Of a DNA stretch of 60,095 bases, positions 1 through 9,360 are shown one piece after another; within the stretch, counting starts at the first letter, position 1; every line of letters begins with the position of its first letter. A program made the translations under genes and the position numbers. The stretch comes from Nitrosarchaeum sp. (GTDB lineage Archaea; Thermoproteota; Nitrososphaeria; Nitrososphaerales; Nitrosopumilaceae): assembly GCA_020431985.1 (NCBI GenBank), contig JAGQHF010000084.1, positions 1-60,095 on the forward strand, in the 5' to 3' direction. A model generated the notes under the pieces. It had not been told where the DNA came from. It did no database searches and worked only from the letters and a program-made list of their open reading frames with translations.

Positions 1-1361
1 CTATACTGATAATCAATTACTTTGTGGAAAGTGTTGTGTGATGCGATTACGGCCAATGCAGATAAAGCTGCCCAAATGAAATTTCTAAGTGTAACCCATT
101 CATTTGGTTGGTTAATTATCAATGTAGTTCCAGATAAGACATAATAGTTGTCAAATAACCAAAATGCCAAGGTTATCCAAGATAATACACCTGCAATAAG
201 AAATCCCAGTCTGGTCTTGTTTCTAACAAAAATTATTGCAGATGTTATTGTAATATACCATACTATTCCACCCATAATCCAAATTGGCGCAAAAATCTCT
301 GGTCTGTCATCTAGCCAATAATAGGTAGTTCCAACTATTGCCATGGCAATTAGTGCTGCACATAAAAGATTCTGATTTATTTTGAATCCAGTACGCTCTT
401 CCCGTGGATGTGTGTCAGGAGGATTTTCTTTCATCTCTTTTGTTGCAATGTCAATTGATTCTCTCACTGATTTGAGTTTTAATGGGATTATCTTAGTTAT
501 TGAATCATCAGTAACCACGGTATCATGAACAAGACTGTCAATTAACGGTCTGGCAAGTGATGCTTTTACTGGAGTTATCAAATCAACCCAATATGAAGAA
601 AGCCTAGTTGTAAGAAATGGAATTTGAATTATGAAGAGTTTCTTGTCAAGATATTCGGCATAAACTCTCATGAGTTGTTCGTATGTGATTTTATCTTTGC
701 CTCCAATTTCGTAGATTTTTCCTGAAGTCTCAGGATGTTCCATGCATCCGGCTAAGTAGGATATAACATCATCAACTGCTATAGGTTGTGCAAGAGACTT
801 TACCCATGATGGACAAACCATAACCGGTAATCTTTCTACCAGATATCTCAACATGGCATAAGAACCACCTTGAGCCCCAATGATCAATGATGCACGAAGT
901 TCAGTGACAGGAATTCTTCCTGAAGCTAGAATCTTACCAACTTCTTTTCTGCTTCTCATATGTGGTGATAGTTCAAGACTGTCATTTACTAGACCGCCAA
1001 GATAGATTATTCTCTTGACACCGGCTTTGGTAGCTGCATTAAGAAAATTCTCAGCTTGAACTCTTTCACGGGATGCAAATTCTTTCCAATGTTCTTTACT
1101 CCCCTCCATGGAATGAAGTAAGTAATATGCAATTTCAATTCCTGTTAATGCATTCTCTAATTGATTTTTATCAAAAACATCAGCTTGTACATATTTCACA
1201 TTGTTAATGTCTGGAAGTTTTCTTCTAGACATTCCTTTTGTATGATATCCTTTTTTGGACAGATAAGATATCAGACGAGACCCGATAAATCCAGTTGCTC
1301 CTGTAACTAGTATGCGATAGGATTTATTTTTGATCTGAATGTCAGTTGAATGTTGAGACAT
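1..1361 (-). CDS. NAD(P)-binding epimerase/dehydratase-like (atypical SDR) protein with C-terminal membrane segments; runs off the window edge
   Basis: Hand translation from ATG at 1361: MSQHSTDIQIKNKSYRILVTGATGFIGSRL (Rossmann GxxGxxG), AYYLLHSM, ELRASLIIG; hydrophobic C-terminus; no stop before position 1. Confidence 0.8.
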   Translation of the reverse strand, partial: MSQHSTDIQIKNKSYRILVTGATGFIGSRLISYLSKKGYHTKGMSRRKLPDINNVKYVQADVFDKNQLENALTGIEIAYYLLHSMEGSKEHWKEFASRERVQAENFLNAATKAGVKRIIYLGGLVNDSLELSPHMRSRKEVGKILASGRIPVTELRASLIIGAQGGSYAMLRYLVERLPVMVCPSWVKSLAQPIAVDDVISYLAGCMEHPETSGKIYEIGGKDKITYEQLMRVYAEYLDKKLFIIQIPFLTTRLSSYWVDLITPVKASLARPLIDSLVHDTVVTDDSITKIIPLKLKSVRESIDIATKEMKENPPDTHPREERTGFKINQNLLCAALIAMAIVGTTYYWLDDRPEIFAPIWIMGGIVWYITITSAIIFVRNKTRLGFLIAGVLSWITLAFWLFDNYYVLSGTTLIINQPNEWVTLRNFIWAALSALAVIASHNTFHKVIDYQY

Positions 1362-2055
1362 TTTTGCTAGCTCCTTTCTTTTTTGTTTTTCTTACTAATA
1401 CCAATATAGGAACTGTAGGTATTGAGATCAAAATCAATATAAAAAGCGCAATTGATGCATAATCATTTACAAATAATTTTGTATCAAGCCAGGCTTTTGG
1501 AAGCAATGTAAAAATGTCACCGCCTGTAAAATCCTCAATTGTTCCTATAACCAAACTGTATTTGCCAGTTTGATTTTTTTCGTCATATATGACAATATAG
1601 TACTGTCCATCTAATGGCATGTTCATTCTAACTTCTTGTCTTTCCCAGTATGTCACCTGTCCAAATGGTTCATAAAATTCCTGCCCTGGAAAATTACCAC
1701 TATATAGAAATTTTTCTGCACCATACTGAGTCTTAAAGGGAATTACATTACCTTCAAACATTCCAGGACCCATCAAAACTAGGGTTGGAGAATAATTCTC
1801 CAAACCAGTGATTTTAGGCACAACTATGCTTGCATAAAATGAATCTCCGTGTTTTGCCTCAAAGGAATAAAATTTGGCCTCGCCTGGCCCCAAATTCTCG
1901 TAAATTGCCCAAGATATCCTATGATCAGGTATCTGGAGGGCAGATTCAAAATCTCGATGGGTGTCATCATGCTCGATCAACTTGTGTCCATACACTGGTG
2001 CAGTAGAAATGCCAATTGAGAAAATGATAATTGTAGTTATTGTGATTTTTTTCAT
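1342..2055 (-). CDS. Secreted/membrane-anchored hypothetical protein
   Basis: ORF track; likely start MKKITIT (2055) with signal peptide; C-terminal TM helix plus basic tail. Confidence 0.7.
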   Translation of the reverse strand: MKKITITTIIIFSIGISTAPVYGHKLIEHDDTHRDFESALQIPDHRISWAIYENLGPGEAKFYSFEAKHGDSFYASIVVPKITGLENYSPTLVLMGPGMFEGNVIPFKTQYGAEKFLYSGNFPGQEFYEPFGQVTYWERQEVRMNMPLDGQYYIVIYDEKNQTGKYSLVIGTIEDFTGGDIFTLLPKAWLDTKLFVNDYASIALFILILISIPTVPILVLVRKTKKKGASKNVSTFN

Positions 2056-2163
2056 GATATATTTTTTACAAAAATAGTATTTTAAGAAAAACAAAAATTT
2101 CAAGAGTTAGCACTAGTGTTGATCTTAGACACTATTGATATACAAAAAACCCTTTGTCATGAT

Positions 2164-2274
2164 ATGAATTCCGTTTCAATCCAGAAATGCTCTAGATGCA
2201 AAAAAGAATTTACCGAATGGGCCTGTGACTACTGTCATGCAAAATTATTGATGAGTCAGATTGGAGAACGGTGA
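2164..2274 (+). CDS. 36-aa zinc-finger micro-protein
   Basis: MNSVSIQKCSRCKKEFTEWACDYCHAKLLMSQIGER: CxxC...CxxC; stop 4 nt before the next ATG. Confidence 0.5.
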   Translation: MNSVSIQKCSRCKKEFTEWACDYCHAKLLMSQIGER

Positions 2275-2278
2275 TAGC

Positions 2279-2716
2279 ATGCAACGGTTGCAATTCAGCA
2301 AAAACATCGATGATGTGGTTACTGATAAAAATATTCCAATAAGATTGGCTTTTATCAAATCTAACGGAATGCCATCTGTAATTTCTCTGTGGTATGTTTG
2401 CATTGATGGTAAAATTCACTGTGCAACCCAAAAAACCGCAAAAATTGTTTCATTTTTACAAAATAATCAAACTTGTGGATTTGAGATAGCAGCAGATAAA
2501 TCCCCATACAAAGGTGTAAGAGGAGAAGGCACTGTCAAAATTTTGAGTGAAAAAGGCCAAGATGTTCTGGATATTTTAATTAGAAAATATTTGGGTAAAA
2601 AAGAATCCATGCTTTCTAAATTTTTGGGAAAAAATTCAAAGACAGAAGTTGCTATAGAAATCACACCACAAAAAATATTCAACTATGACTACTCGAAAAG
2701 GATGAAAGATGTGTGA
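2279..2716 (+). CDS. Pyridoxamine 5'-phosphate oxidase-like FMN-binding split-barrel protein
   Basis: IPIRLAF...GMPSVISLWY...AKIVSFLQNN...YKGVRGEG pattern; start moved to ATG 2279. Confidence 0.75.
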   Translation: MQRLQFSKNIDDVVTDKNIPIRLAFIKSNGMPSVISLWYVCIDGKIHCATQKTAKIVSFLQNNQTCGFEIAADKSPYKGVRGEGTVKILSEKGQDVLDILIRKYLGKKESMLSKFLGKNSKTEVAIEITPQKIFNYDYSKRMKDV

Positions 2717-2720
2717 TGAT

Positions 2721-2861
2721 ATGACAGATGATGAAGGATGTCCTACTTGTGGATCTAAAAATTTTGGAAGTATAGAAATGAAAAGGAATAAAGACGACAA
2801 TAATGTAACTTGGAAAAAACAATGTTACAATTGTAAAAAATTCTGGTATTATCAGCAATAA
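2721..2861 (+). CDS. 46-aa zinc-ribbon micro-protein
   Basis: MTDDEGCPTCGSKNFG...KQCYNCKKFWYYQQ: CPxCG...CxxC; begins 4 nt after the previous stop. Confidence 0.65.
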   Translation: MTDDEGCPTCGSKNFGSIEMKRNKDDNNVTWKKQCYNCKKFWYYQQ

Positions 2862-2979
2862 CAAAATTACATTTTATTGATTATTTTTTCAAATTAAATT
2901 TTAATTCCACACGGGTGCAATAATTACTCCTAAACTATATCCCCATACATGCTGTGCTCACGTTCAAATTTGAACGAGG

Positions 2980-3993
2980 TTACAAGTTATGAATGATCTC
3001 ATTTGTGAATTCCATTGTGGTCTTATCGCCGCCAATGTCTTTGGTTTTTACACCTTTTTTCACAAGATCAAATATTGTGGATTCCAATTTCTTGCCCATT
3101 GTGATGCATTTGGAATCATTATTCTTTGTTCCAATCCAGTCCAACATCATCTTTATTGAAAGCAAGAAGGAGGAAGGATTTGCGATGTTTTTTCCTGCAA
3201 TGTCAAATGCCGCACCGTGCACTGGTTCAAATAATGCAAAGTTATCTCCAAGGTTTGCAGCAGGAGCCATTCCCAGACCCCCAACTACCTGAGAGGACTC
3301 ATCAGACAAAATATCACCAAAAAGATTAGTGGTGACTATTACATCAAATTGTTCTGGCTGTCTGATAAGGTTCATGGCACATGCATCAACATACATCTGC
3401 TCAAAGAATATGTCTGGATAGTCCTTTGAAACCTCAAGGCATGCCCTTGCAAACAATCCATCAGTAAGCCGCATTACATTCGACTTGTGAACGCAGGTGA
3501 CCTTCCTCTTGGTATTTCTATTTCTTGCAGATTCAAACGCATATTTTGCAATTCGCTTTGATGCATTCTCCGATATGATTCGCAATGCTACTGCAGCGTT
3601 ACCCAAAGAAAATTCCTTTCCGGTATAGAGGTCTTCGGTGTTTTCTCGTACTATAACCATATCAATGTCGTCTCGTAAGGCAGGCATGTTTGGATATGAT
3701 TTTGCGGGTCGTATGTTTGCATAAAGATCAAGCATCCGTCTCAAGACTACAATCACATCTGCTGCACTTTCTCCAACCGGAGCCTTCATGCAAGCATCAG
3801 ATTTTTTTATAGAGTCAATTGTTTCATCTGGGAGTGCCTTTCCCGTATTCTTTAGTGCGGCATCTCCTGCCATGAGGCGGGTTATGTCAAATTTGACATC
3901 ATGTTTGTCATTAATTGCGTGTATTACAGATTCAGCAGAATCAGACAATTCAGGACCAATCCCATCGCCGGTAATTAGAGATATTTTGTACAT
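2980..3993 (-). CDS. leuB: 3-isopropylmalate/isocitrate-family dehydrogenase
   Basis: GDGIGPE, RENTEDLY, NLFGDILSD, EPVHGAAFDIAG motifs; lies in the ilv/leu cluster. Confidence 0.85.
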   Translation of the reverse strand: MYKISLITGDGIGPELSDSAESVIHAINDKHDVKFDITRLMAGDAALKNTGKALPDETIDSIKKSDACMKAPVGESAADVIVVLRRMLDLYANIRPAKSYPNMPALRDDIDMVIVRENTEDLYTGKEFSLGNAAVALRIISENASKRIAKYAFESARNRNTKRKVTCVHKSNVMRLTDGLFARACLEVSKDYPDIFFEQMYVDACAMNLIRQPEQFDVIVTTNLFGDILSDESSQVVGGLGMAPAANLGDNFALFEPVHGAAFDIAGKNIANPSSFLLSIKMMLDWIGTKNNDSKCITMGKKLESTIFDLVKKGVKTKDIGGDKTTMEFTNEIIHNL

Positions 3994-4025
3994 GGTGTAT
4001 GTCTCAAATCATGAAATTTTAGGAT

Positions 4026-5540
4026 TTAACTTAGTTGTTTTTCTTTGAGCATGTTTTTGAGCATTATTCGGTTTATTCCGTCAATTACTGCCTGAACACT
4101 TGTAGTTACAATATCCTCACCGACGGACTTAGCAGAAACACTCTCCCCTTGAGCATCTTCAACTCGTATGGTGACCTCACAGAGAGCAGTAGAGCCACCA
4201 GATATCGAGGCAAGCCCATAATCTTTTATTTTTATTTCAGAAATTTTTCCAGTGATTTTTTGGATGGCATTTAGTGCCGCATCTACAGGACCCACGCCGT
4301 AGTCGGTTCCAATAAAATCTTCACCGTCAACATTTAGTTTGACAAATGCATATGGCATTGTACCTATTCCAGTAGATACGGAAAATCCTGTGAGATGAAC
4401 AATTCTTTTTATTCCCTTTTCTCCCAAGATATCACTGGCAATGGATAAAAGCTCAACGTCAGTGACCTGTTTTCCCTGATCTCCAAGTATCTTCACTTTG
4501 TCAAGAATTTGTTTTGATTGTAAATCAGTTGGATGGATACCATATTCTCCCAACATTGCATTCATTCCATGAATTCCTGCATGTTTTCCTACTTGAAGCC
4601 ATCTCTTTCTTCCTACAAGTTCTGGACCAATTGGCTCGTATGTCAAGGGATTACTCAATACCCCATGTGTGTGAATGCCGGATTCGTGTCCAAATGCATT
4701 ATCGCCAACAATTGCCTTGTTTGGTTGTACCTGTATCCCTACAATTCTAGAGACAAATCTTGATGTATCATAGATTAATTCGGATTTTATACCCGTCTCA
4801 TATTTTTGGTCATACGGTAAACACTTGAGGGCCATCACAAATTCTTCTAGTGATGCATTTCCTGCCCTCTCGCCAATACCATTTATGGTGACGTGAGCAC
4901 ATTGAGCTCCTGCCCTTATTCCAGAAAGAGCATTAGCAACAGCCAGACCAAAATCATTGTGGCAATGAACACTAACAGGAAGTTTTGTTGCGGCAATTGC
5001 ATCTTTGGTAATTTCTGCCATATATTCAGGAGTTGAATAACCAACGGTGTCTGGAATGTCTATTCTGTCTGCTCCCGCCTTGGCTACTTCAGCAAAAACT
5101 TTCTTGAGAAACTCACGATCTGTTCGTGTTGCGTCTTCTGCAGAAAACTCTACCTGAAGCCCATGTGACTTGCCATATTCTACCGCTTCTATGGCTTTTT
5201 CAAGTGCCTGTTCTCTTGTCATTTTGAGCTTGTATTCTAGATGGATGTCAGAAGTTGCAATAAAGGTATGAATGTAATCCAGACCGGCGTTGATTGCAGC
5301 GTCAATGTCTTTTTTGTTAGTTCTGGCTAGCCCACATATGTCACAAGATAACCCAGCTTTCGTAATCATCTTAACTGATCTAAGTTCGCCTTCAGAGATA
5401 ACAGGAAAACCTGCTTCTATTGCGTCAACACCAAGTTCATCGAGTTTTCTGGCAATGGCAAGTTTTTGATCAGGAGATAGAGAGATTCCAGGAGTCTGTT
5501 CACCGTCACGTAATGTTGTATCAAAAATGCGTATTCTCAT
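4026..5540 (-). CDS. leuA: 2-isopropylmalate (or citramalate) synthase
   Basis: DTTLRDGEQ, HCHNDFG, GERAGN, C-terminal regulatory domain (GPVDA). Confidence 0.88.
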   Translation of the reverse strand: MRIRIFDTTLRDGEQTPGISLSPDQKLAIARKLDELGVDAIEAGFPVISEGELRSVKMITKAGLSCDICGLARTNKKDIDAAINAGLDYIHTFIATSDIHLEYKLKMTREQALEKAIEAVEYGKSHGLQVEFSAEDATRTDREFLKKVFAEVAKAGADRIDIPDTVGYSTPEYMAEITKDAIAATKLPVSVHCHNDFGLAVANALSGIRAGAQCAHVTINGIGERAGNASLEEFVMALKCLPYDQKYETGIKSELIYDTSRFVSRIVGIQVQPNKAIVGDNAFGHESGIHTHGVLSNPLTYEPIGPELVGRKRWLQVGKHAGIHGMNAMLGEYGIHPTDLQSKQILDKVKILGDQGKQVTDVELLSIASDILGEKGIKRIVHLTGFSVSTGIGTMPYAFVKLNVDGEDFIGTDYGVGPVDAALNAIQKITGKISEIKIKDYGLASISGGSTALCEVTIRVEDAQGESVSAKSVGEDIVTTSVQAVIDGINRIMLKNMLKEKQLS

Positions 5541-6028
5541 GACGCACTCCTTTGTAATGCCGCAACGCCGGTTCTAGCCACATCAATTATTCCAAATGGT
5601 TTTGCTAATTCCTCAAAAGCTCGTGTTTGATCAGGAGTTGCAGTCAATTCCACCATGATAGAGTCTTTTCTAACATCATGGACCTTTGCGCCATATGCAT
5701 TTGCCAATTTGTTAATTTCCATACTATCATTAGCATTACCAACCTTTATCTTAAAAAGGCTAAGCTCACGATATACAGTCTTTGGTTCATCTAGTTGTTT
5801 AACCTCTACTGTGTCAATCATCTTGTCAAGTTGTTTTACGATTTGCGAGACTTGTTTTTCATCACCATATGTTGTTATGGTCATACGAGAGTACTCTGGA
5901 TTTTCAGTCACGCCAACCGATATGCTATCTATGTTAAAGTTCCTAGATCTAAATAGATGAGTTACCTTAAATAAGATTCCAGGTTTATTTTCCACCAAAA
6001 TTGAAAGTATTGCCCACATGATTATCAC
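5537..6028 (-). CDS. ilvH: Acetolactate synthase small regulatory subunit
   Basis: ACT domain ENKPGIL...FNIDSISVG; ARTG motif. Confidence 0.93.
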   Translation of the reverse strand: MIIMWAILSILVENKPGILFKVTHLFRSRNFNIDSISVGVTENPEYSRMTITTYGDEKQVSQIVKQLDKMIDTVEVKQLDEPKTVYRELSLFKIKVGNANDSMEINKLANAYGAKVHDVRKDSIMVELTATPDQTRAFEELAKPFGIIDVARTGVAALQRSAS

Positions 6029-7716
6029 TAAGACGGGAGTATCATATCCGAAAGCGATGTTCCTGGAGCCACAAATGGCAATACGTCTTCTTCAGGGTCA
6101 ATAGGAATATCAATTACTGTCGCAACATCACTATTTAATGCAGTCCTGATTGCCTTATCTAGTTCATCCATTGATTGTGCCCGTATTCCTTGGGCTCCGT
6201 AAGATTCAGCCAATTTAACATAATCAGGACATTTTCCTTGGTCTACACCAATCATTCGTCTGTCATAGAATGTACGTTGCCATTGTGCAACCATGCCTAA
6301 AGTAAAATTATTTATCAAGAATACAATGACCGGGATATCTTCTAGGACTGCAGTTGCAAGAGAGTTTTCAGTCATGTTAAAGCTTCCATCACCTGCAATG
6401 TCCACTACTGGCACGTCAGGTCTTGCAACTTTGGCACCTATTGCTGCAGGAAATCCCCAGCCCATAGTTCCTAGACCAGTAGAGCTGAAGAATGTACCGG
6501 GTTGAATTACATCATAAAACAAAGATGCCCACATTTGGTGTTGTCCAACTTCTGTGGTTATGATAGAGTCATGTGGTAAAAGTTCACGTAGTTTACGAAG
6601 AATCTTTGCAGCACCCATTTCACCAGGATGTAGTTTGAGATTCTGTTTCCAATATTCTTTAGTTTCTTTGACATGTTTTGTCCATGGGGTCTCTTCAGAT
6701 TTTTTGACTGTTTTTTGCATCATCATTTTTACCATGACTCGAAGTGAAGCCCTCACATCACCTACAACTGCAATTTGGGTTGTTTGGTTTTTACCAATCT
6801 CAGCCGGGTCTACATCCATGTGAATTATCTTGAGTCTTTTCTCAAATGCTTCAAATGTTCCAACTGATCTATCAGAGAATCGGGTTCCGATTGCCAATAC
6901 ACAATCCGCTTCAGACATTATCTTGTTTGCTTCTGCATGACCATGCATTCCAATGGGACCAAGAGACAGTGGATGGTTTTCAGGGAATGCACCCTTTCCT
7001 TTGAAAGTGGTAACTACCGGGATCATTAGAAGTTCCGCTATTGCTTGAAGTTCTGCAAATGCAGATGAAATTATAGTTCCACCACCTGCCAAAATCACAG
7101 GTTTTTGTGCTTGCATCAACATGTCTATTGCTCTTTCGATGTTTACGATATCAGGATCTGTCCAAGGATGATAACCTCTGATCTTAAATTCATCGGGAAA
7201 AACCATTTCAGCAGTATTTGTCTGCACATCCTTTGGAATGTCAATTAATACTGGTCCCGGCCTTCCAGTTTCAGCAATAAAGAATCCCTTTTTTACAACC
7301 TCTGGTATCTCAGAAGCATCTCTTGGTTGAAACGCATATTTTACAACAGGATTTGCCATGCCGATAATGTCACTTTCTTGAAATGCATCTCTACCGATCA
7401 TTGCCACAGGTACCTGACCGGTTACTGCAATCATGGGTGCAGAGTCAGCCTGTGCTGTCGCAATACCAGTCAAAATGTTTGTTGCTCCAGGTCCAGAAGT
7501 GGCAAAACAGACTCCAGGTTTTCTACTGACTCGACCAAATCCATCTGCCATATGGGCAGCTGATTGCTCGTGTCGGACTAGAATATGACGGATATTACAT
7601 CTTGCAAACTCATCGTACATTGGAAGATTAGCACCTCCAGGTAAGCCAAATACTTGTTTGACGCCTTCTTTTTCCATAGCTGTCATCAATGCCTTTGCAC
7701 CACTCATGCTTTCCAT
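6028..7716 (-). CDS. ilvB: Acetolactate synthase large subunit
   Basis: FGLPGG, RHEQSA, TSGPGATN, GDGSF TPP-binding motif. Confidence 0.95.
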   Translation of the reverse strand: MESMSGAKALMTAMEKEGVKQVFGLPGGANLPMYDEFARCNIRHILVRHEQSAAHMADGFGRVSRKPGVCFATSGPGATNILTGIATAQADSAPMIAVTGQVPVAMIGRDAFQESDIIGMANPVVKYAFQPRDASEIPEVVKKGFFIAETGRPGPVLIDIPKDVQTNTAEMVFPDEFKIRGYHPWTDPDIVNIERAIDMLMQAQKPVILAGGGTIISSAFAELQAIAELLMIPVVTTFKGKGAFPENHPLSLGPIGMHGHAEANKIMSEADCVLAIGTRFSDRSVGTFEAFEKRLKIIHMDVDPAEIGKNQTTQIAVVGDVRASLRVMVKMMMQKTVKKSEETPWTKHVKETKEYWKQNLKLHPGEMGAAKILRKLRELLPHDSIITTEVGQHQMWASLFYDVIQPGTFFSSTGLGTMGWGFPAAIGAKVARPDVPVVDIAGDGSFNMTENSLATAVLEDIPVIVFLINNFTLGMVAQWQRTFYDRRMIGVDQGKCPDYVKLAESYGAQGIRAQSMDELDKAIRTALNSDVATVIDIPIDPEEDVLPFVAPGTSLSDMILPS

Positions 7717-7911
7717 TTAATTCACCAAATTTTTCTCCATAATTTTAATGTGTGAAAATGTGTTTACTACAGGACAAGATCAACTAGAAGATATTGTTTT
7801 TTAGAATAGTCGATCATTGAAAGTCATAATTTCAAGATATGTCAATATTAATAAAGATTCTCAAATAGATTACCTAGAGAAGATTTAAACTCATTATTTT
7901 TCATACAGTCA

Positions 7912-8319
7912 ATGAAGATTTTGTCTGACAGTGAGGAGATCGTCCAGATTATTGACACATTATTCGAAGCAGGAAAGACAAAGGACTTTAGAAAATTAAA
8001 AGACATTCATCTTAACGACTCCAAATTCTCAAGTTTTAGCGATGTACCACCATACGATTTGAAAGATTTCCAGACTACAATGGAATTAGAAGAGCTGAAA
8101 TTTGTAAGCATATCAGACTATGACTATACAATAAAGAATCCAAAGATCAGCATGTTTGGAGATACTGCCATAGTAGCAATGGAAATTAATCAAAAAGGAA
8201 TGCTTGTAGATACAAAGGCATACACTGGTGAACACATTTCTATTAATGGGAGGGCAACATTTGTTTTAGTGAAACAACCAACGTGGAAAATTGCCCACAT
8301 ACATTTGTCAAGAATTTAG
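7912..8319 (+). CDS. NTF2/SnoaL-like family protein
   Basis: GDTAIV...RATFVLVKQPTWKIAHIHLS C-terminal pattern. Confidence 0.7.
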   Translation: MKILSDSEEIVQIIDTLFEAGKTKDFRKLKDIHLNDSKFSSFSDVPPYDLKDFQTTMELEELKFVSISDYDYTIKNPKISMFGDTAIVAMEINQKGMLVDTKAYTGEHISINGRATFVLVKQPTWKIAHIHLSRI

Positions 8320-8329
8320 TTTTGTTTTT

Positions 8330-9316
8330 TTATTTTTGTACGTTTTGAGGATTGTTTTGATTTGAGTTGTTTTTCTTTGGTTGGCTCTGGTTTTTGGTTT
8401 TGTTTTGTTTAGGATTGTTTTTGTTAGGTTGATTTTGGTTTTGTTTAGGATTGTTTTTGTTAGGTTGATTTTGGTTTTGTTTAGGATTGTTTTTGTTAGG
8501 TTGATTTTGGTTTTGTTTAGGATTGTTTTTCTTTTCGTTTACGAGTTTTTTGTACAATTGATATGCTTGTTCAACATTTGCATTTCCATGTACAATATAT
8601 CTAACAGCCCTTATCATGGCGACAGGGTTTTCTGATTGCCAAATGTTTCTACCCATGTCAACTCCTACGGCACCTCCTTTGATTGCATTGTAAGTTAGTT
8701 GTAATGCATCCCGTTCTGGGATTTTCTTTCCGCCTGCAACGATTATAGGTACAGGACAAGATTGAACTACTTTCTCAAAATTATCACAATAGTAAGTTTT
8801 GACAATATGTGCACCTTGTTCTGCTGCTACTCTGCATGCCAATGAAAGATACCTTGCATCCTTTCCAAGTTCTTTGCCCACCGCGGTAACTGCCAAGACA
8901 GGGATTCCATATCGCTCAGCTTCGCTTACTAATTTTCCCAGATTAACAATTGTCTGATATTCATATTTAGAACCAACAAAGATAGACATTGCAAGTGCGC
9001 TTGCATTGAGCCTAATTGCATCTTCTATGCTGACTGTGATGTCTTCTTGTGATAGATCTTCACCTATAATGCTAGAACCACCTGAGACTCGTAAAACCAT
9101 TGGTGTTTCAGTGGTTGCAGGAACTGCCATTCTTTGAACACCACGAGTAAGCATCAAAGAATCGCAATGTTTGAGTAAAGGGGCAATGACTTTTTTTGGA
9201 TTCTCAAGTTTTTCCGTAGGTCCTAAAAAATAGCCATGATCTACGGCAAGCATCAAGGCACGGTTATTTTGTGGTTTGATTATTCGTGAAATTCGATTTT
9301 TTAATCCCCAATCCAT
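8330..9316 (-). CDS. lsrF: LsrF-like class I aldolase/thiolase with N/Q/K-rich repeat tail
   Basis: MDWGLKNR, LAVDHGY, VKTYY, AGGKK, GVDMGRNIWQ motifs. Confidence 0.8.
   Translation of the reverse strand: MDWGLKNRISRIIKPQNNRALMLAVDHGYFLGPTEKLENPKKVIAPLLKHCDSLMLTRGVQRMAVPATTETPMVLRVSGGSSIIGEDLSQEDITVSIEDAIRLNASALAMSIFVGSKYEYQTIVNLGKLVSEAERYGIPVLAVTAVGKELGKDARYLSLACRVAAEQGAHIVKTYYCDNFEKVVQSCPVPIIVAGGKKIPERDALQLTYNAIKGGAVGVDMGRNIWQSENPVAMIRAVRYIVHGNANVEQAYQLYKKLVNEKKNNPKQNQNQPNKNNPKQNQNQPNKNNPKQNQNQPNKNNPKQNKTKNQSQPKKNNSNQNNPQNVQK
8403..8530. repeat. 36-bp tandem repeat, 3 full copies plus a partial (encodes KNNPKQNQNQPN)
   Basis: Unit TTTTGTTTAGGATTGTTTTTGTTAGGTTGATTTTGG at 8403, 8439, 8475, partial at 8511. 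Confidence 0.95.
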
Positions 9317-9360
9317 ATCTCTTCTTTTTGAAAAAAAAGAAATCCCTTCTTAAGCCTTTC

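Noticed and set aside
8403-8530. 36-bp repeats as a CRISPR array
   Set aside because: Head-to-tail with no spacers, in frame inside a CDS, no cas genes nearby
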